From assembly GCA_046075145.1 (NCBI GenBank), contig JBJTPO010000204.1, positions 1 to 30,109 on the forward strand: DNA of 30,109 bases. Direction: 5' to 3'. Shown here one piece after another: positions 1-7,506 of the stretch. Position numbers and translations under genes: made by a program. The notes beneath the pieces were generated by a model. The model searched no databases and was not told where the DNA came from. It was given only the letters and a program-made list of their open reading frames with translations. This DNA is from Planctomycetota bacterium. GTDB taxonomy: Bacteria > Planctomycetota > Planctomycetia > Pirellulales > UBA1268. Each line of letters starts with the position of its first letter. Within the stretch, counting starts at the first letter, position 1.

Positions 1-1
1 G

Positions 2-3000
2 GCCGAGGCCCTGGTGGCCGCCCGTCGCGAGCCGGGCGGCATCTGGGGCTGGAAGGATCCACGGACCACGCTCCACCTCGAGTTTTGGCGCCGCGTGGTG
101 CCGGAGGCCCGCTTCCTGTTCGTCGTGCGGCGACCGTGGGAGGTCGTCGATTCGCTGTTCCGTCGTGGTGACGAGGCGTTTCGCTCGAACCCGCCCTTCG
201 CCATCCAGGTGTGGCTGCACTACAACCGCCTGATCCGCGACTTCGTCGTCAAGCATCCCGAGCAGTCGCTCGTGCGCGACCTCACGCAGGTCAGCAGGGA
301 TCCGGGCGAGGTCTTTGCGGCGGTGCGGCAGGTGCTCGGAGTCCCGCTCGGGGAGCCGCCCGACCGGTTCCGACCCGACCTGCTCTCCCAGGTCACCGAG
401 GCCTCGCGGGTCGCGTTCCTCGCCGCCACCTGCCCGGAAGCGATCGCCCTCTACGAGGAACTGGCGGCGCTCGCCGGCAGCGAGCCGCCCCGAGTGGACG
501 TCGGCCCGGGTGACCGTGGGGCCGTGGCCGGGCACGGGTTTCAGGAATGGAGTCAGTGCCGAAGCCTCGGCAGCCGGATGCAGCTGCTCGACCAGTCGCT
601 CGCCGAGGCCGACGACGCGAACGCCCGGCTGATGGCCGAACTCGCCGAGGCGCGGGAAGCCCGCGATGCCGCGATTCATCAGGGACAGGATCAAGCTGTC
701 AACCTCCAGAGCCAGCTCGACCTCGCCCGCCGACAGCTGGACGACGGCCGGGCGCGGCTGGAGCACACCGCACGGGGCCTCACGGAGCAGACCGAGGCCC
801 GAGCCGCCCTGGAGAACCAGGTCGTCCACCTGGAGCGGCAGCTCACGAACGCCGTCGCCGCGCGCAACGACGCTGCCGCCAGCCGCGACGCCAGACTGGC
901 CGAGTTCGAAGCGGCGGGCCAGGCGGCCGAGGCCAGGGCCGCAGCGTTCGAAGCCCGGTTCCGCGATGCCTCGCGCCGAGTCGAGGAACTCTCCCGGGCC
1001 GGCGACCATGACCGGCAGGCCGTCGCCGCCGCCGCCGCGGAGAGGGCGGCGCTCGACCGGGATCGAGCCGCCGCCGAGGCGCGGGCTCAGGCGCTCGAGG
1101 CCAGGGCCAACGAACTTGAACTGCTGCTGGCCGCGGCGGCAGCCCAGGCCGCCGAGAGCGAACTCGCCCACGACGATCTCGAACGGCAGCTGCTCACGCT
1201 CGAGGGCAGCAACTCCTGGAAGCTGACGCGGCCGCTGCGGTCGTTCCGGCGGCGGGCGATGTCGCGACCGACCGACTGGCTGCGACGGAAGGTTTCGGCG
1301 GCCGGTAGGCGGTGGTGGCGTTCGCTTCCCATCTCGATCGCCACGAAGCAGCGGCTGCGGCAGCGGCTCTTCACTCGCTGGCCGCTCTTCTTCCGCTGGA
1401 CCGACTCCTACCGTGACTGGCAGGCCTGCCGAGGACCAACCCCGCGAGATACGTCGGCGGCACGTCCCGCGACCCCGGCACCGCCGAGCGTGGTCGTGCG
1501 GCCGCCCCTGCCGCCAGCCGTGCCCCTGCCGCCAGCCGTGCCCCTGCCGGCGCCTGCACCGATTCCGGTCCAAGAAGCCGGCGTGCGGCTGATCGCCTTG
1601 CACCTGCCCCAGTTTCACCGGATTCCTGAGAACGACGCCTGGTGGGGCGAGGGCTTCACCGAGTGGACCAACGTCCGCCGCGGCCGGCCGATGTACGCCG
1701 GCCACGAGCAGCCGCATGTGCCGCACCCCGACGTGGGCTACTACGACCTCTCCGACCCCGCCGCGCTCGAGCGGCAGGCCGCGATGGCCGCCGCCCACGG
1801 GATCCACGGGTTCTGCTTCTACTACTACTGGTTCGGCGGGCGTCGGCTCCTGGAGAAGCCGCTCGACGAGATGCTGCGCTCGGGGCGGCCGAACTTTCCC
1901 TTCTGCATCTGCTGGGCCAACGAGAACTGGACCCGGACGTGGGACGGCCACGACACCGAGATCTTGATGGCGCAGTCCCACGAGCCCGCGGCTGACCGCG
2001 AGTTCATCCGCGACGTGATCCCGCTGCTCCGTGACCCGCGTTACATCCGCGTGGCCGGGCGGCCGCTCCTGGCGATCTACCGCCCGGAATCGCTCGCCGA
2101 TCCGCGGCGGGCGGCGGCCATCTGGCGGGAGGAGTGCCGCCGGGCCGGGATCGGCGAGATCCACCTGGTGGCTGTCCGCAGCTTCTCCAAGGACGACCCG
2201 GCACGATTCGGCTTCGACGCCGCCATCCAGTTTCCACCGCTGCAGATCCCGGCCCGCAACCTGGCCGGCGACGCCGCGGTCGCGGCCGTGCCGGGCTTCG
2301 CCGGCAGCATCCACGACTACGCCGAAGCGGCCGGCTTTTCGCTGGCCGAGACGGCGCCGGGCTATCGCATGTACCGCGGCCTGATGCCGGCCTGGGACAA
2401 CACGGCCCGGCGGATGGAACGGGCGACTTCATGGAGTGGCTCGTCACCGGCCCGCTACGGCGCCTGGCTGCGGGCGACGATCGACCGCACGATCCGCGAG
2501 CAGCCCCCGGAGCACCGGCTGGTGTTCGTCAACGCCTGGAACGAGTGGGCCGAAGGCGCTCATCTCGAGCCCGACACGCGGCACGGCTACGCCTACCTCG
2601 ACGAGACGGCTGCGGCGCTGGGCCTACCCCCGCCCAGCCGGCCGGTCGCCCCACCGATCAAGGCCGCGCCACCTGAAGTCACCCCGCCCGCAGCCGCGCC
2701 GACCACGATCAGCAGGGCGACCGCGGCCGACTCCCTGCCGGTCGAGCCGCCAGAAGTCCGCGACCACGCCTGGTCGCTCGTCACCGCGTTCCTAGGCGAG
2801 GAGCCCTCCCGCGAGCGACACGGGTTCCTCGCCGAACACACGGCCCTGCTCGGGCAACTGGCGGCGGGCGGCTGCCGCGTCCGGGTCGAGCATGGCCGCG
2901 TCGTCGCCGAAGCGGGCGGCGTCGAGACGCCCCTCGATCACCGCCGCGACCTGGCCGACGCGCTGGCCGTCGCGCGGGGAGACGACCCCGATGCCCCGTT

Positions 3001-5932
3001 CGCGTTCGTCGTGCTCCAGTTCGGCCGCTTCGACGTCACCGCCCGGTGCCTGGAGTCGCTCGTGCGGCTCGAGAGCCGCCGGCCGGTGCGCATCGTCGTG
3101 GTCGACAACGGCTCGCCGGCCGAGGTGATCGAGGCCACGCGCACGGCGGTCGCCGCGATGCCCGAGGTCGAGCTCCTGGAGACGGGCGCCAACCTCGGCT
3201 TCGCCGGCGGCAACAACGTGGGCTATGCCCATGCCCGCGACCGGCTCGGCGCCGCGTTCATCGCCGTGATCAACAACGACACCCGGATCGAGCAGACCGA
3301 CTTCATCCTCCGCTGCGAGCGGCTGTATCGCGAGACAGCCTGCTCGGTGCTCGGCCCCGACATCGTCACGCCCGACGGCCGGCGGGAGAACCCCTGGAAC
3401 GACACCGTCTACGGTCCCGGCGAGTGGCGGCGGCTCGCGGCGATGTATCACGAGGATCGGGCCGACTTCGAGCGGACCGGTCAGCCGCGGTTTCGCCGGC
3501 TCGGCCGGCGGTCACCCGAGGCGACGTTCCTCGCCAACCCGGTCCTCCAGGGGGCGGCGATCGTTCTCTCGCCAGTGTTCGTCCGCGGCATGCCGACCCT
3601 GTTCGACGAGCGGACGAAGCTCTACGGCGAGGAGTTCCTGTTCGCCGTCGACACCCTGCTCGCCGGCCACTTCATGGCCTACTCGCCCGAGGTTCAGATC
3701 CTCCACGAGGAGGGTGTCTCCACCGGAGCCCTGCCGAGCGCCACGAAGATGCGGCTCGGCTACGACAACGCGGCCCTGGCCGCCGGGCTCGCCGCCGGTG
3801 AACTCGACAACTTCGCGGCCGCCTGCCGGGGCGAGCCGCTCGACTGCCGGAGCGAGTCACTGGCGACGCTCGTGGCCGGGCCGCGGCGGCACGTGCTCGT
3901 CGACCTGTTCTTCTGCCAGCCTGGCTATCACGGCGGCGGCGAGTACGGGAAGGCGGTGTTCCGGGGCCTGGCCGGGGCCGCCGCCGCCCGCAGCGACGTC
4001 ACGGTCTGGGCCGCCCTCGATCCGGCGCTCCACATCGACCCCTGGGTGCTGGCCGAGTGCCGCCGGCTGGCGATCCGCGTGATCGCGGTCCGCTCCTACG
4101 CCGACATCGTCACGCTCGTGAACTCCGGCCGCTTCGACGCCTTCTTCTGTCCGGCGATCGTCGTCTACACCGGCTACGAGTACATGCGCCGGGCCGGCAC
4201 GCGGCTCCCCTTCAGTGGCGGCCGCACGCGGGTCGTCGGCACGCTGCACGACATCCGCGACCTGCAACTGATCCGCGACCGCGAGGCGATCACCGGATCG
4301 CTCGTGCGGGCCGGCTGGCGGCCCCAGGCGGCCGGCCCGGGCTCGTTCCTGGCGACCTCGGCCCCCGATCCCGCCTCCCTCGCGACGATGTACGCGGCGA
4401 TCTGCCACGATCCCCACGTCGACACGCTCGTCACCGTGTCGCGGTATTGCCTGGGTGAGATCGAGGCCGAGTTCGCCCCGCCGCCGGGGCGATTCGTGGT
4501 GCTCTCCTCGGCCGAGAAGGACCGGCCCGAGCCGACGCCCTTCCGCGGCAACGGGATCGGCGAGGATGGCCGCCCCTTCGCCCTGGTGCTCCACGCGGCG
4601 CGGCCGGAGAAGAACGCTCCGTCGGTGGCTGCCGCCTTCGACCGAATGTTCGCGGCCGAGGGGGATCCCTTCGGCTTGGCGGATCTGCGGGTGGTGTTCG
4701 TCGGAATCTCTTCGCTCGACGACCTCGGCCTGGGCCCGCTCGCACATCCAGAGCGGTTCACGGCGATCCCCGAGGTGCCTCCGGGCCAGCTCGAGTATCT
4801 GCTCGAGCAGGCCCGGATGCTCGTCTACGCCTCGTTCAACGAGGGCTTCGGCTACCCGCCCGTCGAGGCGATGCGCTACGGCACGCCCGCCGTCGTGGCC
4901 GCGGTCGCCGCGATCCCCGAGGTCTGCGGCGACGCCGCGGTGACCTGCGACCCGCGCGACGTCGACTCGATCACGGCCGCGATCCTCCAGGCCTGGCACG
5001 ACCCGCCCGCCCGCGACCGGATCGTCGGCCGCCACGCGGCGATCGCCGCCCGGCAGCGACGCGACCTCCTGGATCTCGTGCGGCTGGTGATCGACGGCGT
5101 GCGGCCCCCGGACCATGCCGCCGACGCCCTGCCGCCCCCGGCATCGGCGGCCACCGCACCCGCCGGCTACGTGCTGCGGCACGCCGGCTGGTGCCCGATC
5201 TGCGAACAGTCGACGACCTTCTCGGCCACCGAGGCGTGGCTCCGCGACCACTACCTCTGCGAGCGGTGCCACTCGCTGCCGCGGGAGCGGGCCCTGATGG
5301 TCGCGCTCCAGACCCGGTTTCCCGACTGGCGACGGCTCGCGATCCACGAGTCGTCGCCGGAGATGCGGGGCCTGAGCGCGAAGCTCGCCCGCGAGTGCCC
5401 CGGCTACGTGCCCTCGCAGTACGACCCCGCGACCCCCTGCGGCATGCTCGAGCCGGGGGGCCGCTGGCGGTCGGAGGATCTCGAACGGCAGACGTTCGAA
5501 TCGGGGTCGTTCGACGTCGTGATCACCCAGGATGTCTTCGAGCACATCTTCGACACCGACGCCGCCTTCCGGGAGGTGCAGCGGACGCTGCGGCCCGGGG
5601 GCGCGCACCTGTTGACGACACCGCTGGTGCGGGCGGAAGCGGCCTCCCGCCGCCGGGCGGAGCGGGGCCCCGACGGTGTGCGGCACCTCGAGCCCCCGGA
5701 GTTTCATGGCAATCCGATGTCGGCCGACGGCTCGCTCGTCACCTGGGACTGGGGCTATGACATCGTCGAGTGGATCCGCGCTTGCACCAGCGACGAGGCC
5801 CGGCGGATCATGGTCGAGATTCCGGCGCTCGGGATCGTGGCGGCGTATCTCGACGTCATCGTGGTCGAGCGGCATAGCGAGCGGAATGACCGCGGCCGCC
5901 GGCAGCTCCCCCGCCACGCCACCGCCCGCTGA
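2..5932 (+). CDS. Giant multidomain glycan-biosynthesis protein (5'-partial): sulfotransferase - coiled coil - WbsX/GH99-like - GT2 - GT4 - Zn-ribbon/class I SAM methyltransferase
   Basis: Frame is open from base 2. Motifs in order: WGWKDPRT and VVRRPWEVVDS (sulfotransferase, ~2-500); Ala/Glu/Arg heptad region (~578-1206); SNSWKLTRPLR; Pro-rich linker; LIALHLPQFHRIPENDAWWGEGFTEWTNV...NAWNEWAEG (WbsX, ~1586-2620); IVVVDNGS, NLGFAGGNN, INNDT, YGEE (GT2, ~2996-3770); HGGGEYGK, EGFGYPPVE (GT4, ~3890-5090); CPIC..CERC, FDVVITQDVFEH (methyltransferase, ~5180-5870). Confidence 0.93.
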   Translation, partial: AEALVAARREPGGIWGWKDPRTTLHLEFWRRVVPEARFLFVVRRPWEVVDSLFRRGDEAFRSNPPFAIQVWLHYNRLIRDFVVKHPEQSLVRDLTQVSRDPGEVFAAVRQVLGVPLGEPPDRFRPDLLSQVTEASRVAFLAATCPEAIALYEELAALAGSEPPRVDVGPGDRGAVAGHGFQEWSQCRSLGSRMQLLDQSLAEADDANARLMAELAEAREARDAAIHQGQDQAVNLQSQLDLARRQLDDGRARLEHTARGLTEQTEARAALENQVVHLERQLTNAVAARNDAAASRDARLAEFEAAGQAAEARAAAFEARFRDASRRVEELSRAGDHDRQAVAAAAAERAALDRDRAAAEARAQALEARANELELLLAAAAAQAAESELAHDDLERQLLTLEGSNSWKLTRPLRSFRRRAMSRPTDWLRRKVSAAGRRWWRSLPISIATKQRLRQRLFTRWPLFFRWTDSYRDWQACRGPTPRDTSAARPATPAPPSVVVRPPLPPAVPLPPAVPLPAPAPIPVQEAGVRLIALHLPQFHRIPENDAWWGEGFTEWTNVRRGRPMYAGHEQPHVPHPDVGYYDLSDPAALERQAAMAAAHGIHGFCFYYYWFGGRRLLEKPLDEMLRSGRPNFPFCICWANENWTRTWDGHDTEILMAQSHEPAADREFIRDVIPLLRDPRYIRVAGRPLLAIYRPESLADPRRAAAIWREECRRAGIGEIHLVAVRSFSKDDPARFGFDAAIQFPPLQIPARNLAGDAAVAAVPGFAGSIHDYAEAAGFSLAETAPGYRMYRGLMPAWDNTARRMERATSWSGSSPARYGAWLRATIDRTIREQPPEHRLVFVNAWNEWAEGAHLEPDTRHGYAYLDETAAALGLPPPSRPVAPPIKAAPPEVTPPAAAPTTISRATAADSLPVEPPEVRDHAWSLVTAFLGEEPSRERHGFLAEHTALLGQLAAGGCRVRVEHGRVVAEAGGVETPLDHRRDLADALAVARGDDPDAPFAFVVLQFGRFDVTARCLESLVRLESRRPVRIVVVDNGSPAEVIEATRTAVAAMPEVELLETGANLGFAGGNNVGYAHARDRLGAAFIAVINNDTRIEQTDFILRCERLYRETACSVLGPDIVTPDGRRENPWNDTVYGPGEWRRLAAMYHEDRADFERTGQPRFRRLGRRSPEATFLANPVLQGAAIVLSPVFVRGMPTLFDERTKLYGEEFLFAVDTLLAGHFMAYSPEVQILHEEGVSTGALPSATKMRLGYDNAALAAGLAAGELDNFAAACRGEPLDCRSESLATLVAGPRRHVLVDLFFCQPGYHGGGEYGKAVFRGLAGAAAARSDVTVWAALDPALHIDPWVLAECRRLAIRVIAVRSYADIVTLVNSGRFDAFFCPAIVVYTGYEYMRRAGTRLPFSGGRTRVVGTLHDIRDLQLIRDREAITGSLVRAGWRPQAAGPGSFLATSAPDPASLATMYAAICHDPHVDTLVTVSRYCLGEIEAEFAPPPGRFVVLSSAEKDRPEPTPFRGNGIGEDGRPFALVLHAARPEKNAPSVAAAFDRMFAAEGDPFGLADLRVVFVGISSLDDLGLGPLAHPERFTAIPEVPPGQLEYLLEQARMLVYASFNEGFGYPPVEAMRYGTPAVVAAVAAIPEVCGDAAVTCDPRDVDSITAAILQAWHDPPARDRIVGRHAAIAARQRRDLLDLVRLVIDGVRPPDHAADALPPPASAATAPAGYVLRHAGWCPICEQSTTFSATEAWLRDHYLCERCHSLPRERALMVALQTRFPDWRRLAIHESSPEMRGLSAKLARECPGYVPSQYDPATPCGMLEPGGRWRSEDLERQTFESGSFDVVITQDVFEHIFDTDAAFREVQRTLRPGGAHLLTTPLVRAEAASRRRAERGPDGVRHLEPPEFHGNPMSADGSLVTWDWGYDIVEWIRACTSDEARRIMVEIPALGIVAAYLDVIVVERHSERNDRGRRQLPRHATAR
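1505..1549 (+). repeat. 2.5 tandem copies of an 18-bp unit (cccctgccgccagccgtg, PLPPAV) in the Pro-rich linker
   Basis: Exact copies at 1505-1522 and 1523-1540, partial copy at 1541-1549; in frame. Confidence 0.9.
1628..1668. repeat. 41-bp perfect inverted repeat with 15653-15693 (between paralogous WbsX domains)
   Basis: gagaacgacgcctggtggggcgagggcttcaccgagtggac is the reverse complement of 15653-15693. Further perfect blocks: 2392-2418 with 14903-14929 (27 bp) and 2530-2559 with 14762-14791 (30 bp). Confidence 0.92.
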
Positions 5933-5960
5933 AACCACCGTCCCGGAGCCCCGCCCCGTC

Positions 5961-6353
5961 ATGACCCGTTCCGTCACCAGGCAGGACTACCTGGCACGCC
6001 TGCCCTGGATCGACCGCGCTGACGCCGACATCGACGCCTACTGCCGCACGCACCACGAGGACCTGTTCGACCTGCGGCAGGCGCTCACCGACTGGAAGCG
6101 GGACGGCGTGGTGATCTTTCCCGGCGCCATCGCCGCCGCCGCGCTCGACGCCTTCGATCACGAGCTCGAGGCACTGATGGCGAACCCCGGCTGCTGCCGC
6201 CAGGAGGTCAAGGTCGGGAAGCATTCCAAGCACACCGAGGAGTGCACGTCGGAGGAGCTCCGCACCTGCCACAACCTGCGGTTCAACAACATCCACTTCG
6301 TCTCCCCGGCCGCCCGGCGGCTGGGGCTGGCTCCGGAGCCGGCAAGGTCATGA
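5961..6353 (+). pseudogene. Truncated phytanoyl-CoA dioxygenase (PhyH)-like ORF, N-terminal part only (130 aa)
   Basis: WKRDGVVIFPGAI..AALDAF resembles PhyH/2OG-Fe(II) N-termini. The ORF stops before any HxD...H iron-binding triad. ATG at 5961; the stop overlaps the next ATG (ATGA). Confidence 0.55.
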
Positions 6354-7375
6354 ACGACCGTGAGTTCGTCACCTACTGCTACCAGCGGATCCTGGGCCGG
6401 GAACCCGACGTCCGCGGCCTACACCATTACATCGTCGCCTTGAGCGACCGGGCACTGTCGCGGCAGCAGCTGATGCTCGACTTCCTCGAGAGCCAGGAGT
6501 TTCGCCAGCGGCAGGGGTATCCGCCGGCCGCGGCCGCCCCCCTGCCATCAGCCGAGTTCGTGCCGGCCGGCCACTACTACTCCACGATCCCGTCGGCCGA
6601 TGATCGGCGGCGGGCGCTCGCCAACTTCCAGGCCCGGCCGACTGACCTGCCTGGCATCGATCTGCACAGCGAGCGGCAGTGGGCGCTCTTGGAGGAACTC
6701 CGGCCCCTGCTGGAGTCGGGCGGTCTCACCGATGAGCCAACCGGTGGGCGGCGGTACGGCTTCACCAACCCCTCCTTCGGCCCTGGCGACGCGCTCGTCT
6801 TGCAGGCCCTGATGCGGCACCTACGGCCGCGGCGGATCGTGGAGGTGGGCTCCGGCCACAGTTCGGCCGTGATGCTCGACGTGGATGAGTTCCACCTCGG
6901 CCGGAGCGTCGACTTCACGTTCCTCGAGCCCTATCCCGACCTGCTCAAGAGCCTGATGAAGCCGGGCGACCCGACCTGGGCGATCCACCCGCAGATCGCG
7001 CAGGAGGCTGATCTGGAGCCGTTTCGTCAGCTCGCAGCCAATGACATCCTGTTCATCGACTCGACCCACGTGCTCAAGGCCGGCAGCGACGTGGCCCGCC
7101 TGCTGTTCGACGTGCTGCCGGTCCTGGCGCCGGGCGTCGTGATCCACGTCCACGACATCTTCTGGCCGTTCGAGTATCCCTCGACCTGGCTCGACGAGGG
7201 GCGGGCCTGGAACGAGGCCTATGCCCTGCGGGCGTTCCTGCAATACAACCGCTGCTTTTCGATCATGCTGTTCGCCAACTACCTGGTGCATCGGGACCGC
7301 AGCTGGTTCGAGCGACACGCGCCGACCGTGTTGCGGAACTCCGGCGGGAGCATTTGGCTCCGCCGCGACGCCTGA
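6350..7375 (+). CDS. DUF4214-like domain + class I SAM methyltransferase (Methyltransf_24-like)
   Basis: N-terminal FVTYCYQRILGREPD..GLHHY...LSRQQLMLDFLESQEF (DUF4214 pattern); VEVGSGHSS, LFIDSTH, VIHVHDIFWPFEYP, WNEAY. ATGA overlap fixes the start at 6350. Confidence 0.88.
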   Translation: MNDREFVTYCYQRILGREPDVRGLHHYIVALSDRALSRQQLMLDFLESQEFRQRQGYPPAAAAPLPSAEFVPAGHYYSTIPSADDRRRALANFQARPTDLPGIDLHSERQWALLEELRPLLESGGLTDEPTGGRRYGFTNPSFGPGDALVLQALMRHLRPRRIVEVGSGHSSAVMLDVDEFHLGRSVDFTFLEPYPDLLKSLMKPGDPTWAIHPQIAQEADLEPFRQLAANDILFIDSTHVLKAGSDVARLLFDVLPVLAPGVVIHVHDIFWPFEYPSTWLDEGRAWNEAYALRAFLQYNRCFSIMLFANYLVHRDRSWFERHAPTVLRNSGGSIWLRRDA

Positions 7376-7444
7376 CGCCGAATCCCGGGTGGCCGCGTCG
7401 ACCGCTGGGGTGGCGCGGTGCCACGGACGCTTGCCGGCCCGCAC

Positions 7445-7474
7445 TTGGCCGTTCGTGGCTGCCGAAACTATCCT
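7445..7474 (+). promoter_or_regulatory. Possible sigma70 promoter TTGGCC-N18-TATCCT
   Basis: Consensus match by eye in the intergenic region, ~30 nt upstream of ATG 7507. Confidence 0.35.
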
Positions 7475-7506
7475 GCCAGTCGCGACGGAACGGCCACCAC
7501 ACTCCC

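Noticed and set aside
3857-5977. 706-aa antisense ORF, and similar ones at 13120-14877 (+), 16858-18516 (-), 22643-24166 (-) and 26742-28274 (-)
   Set aside because: They lie opposite genes with clear motifs, show no recognisable domains, and long stop-free antisense frames are expected at ~70% GC.
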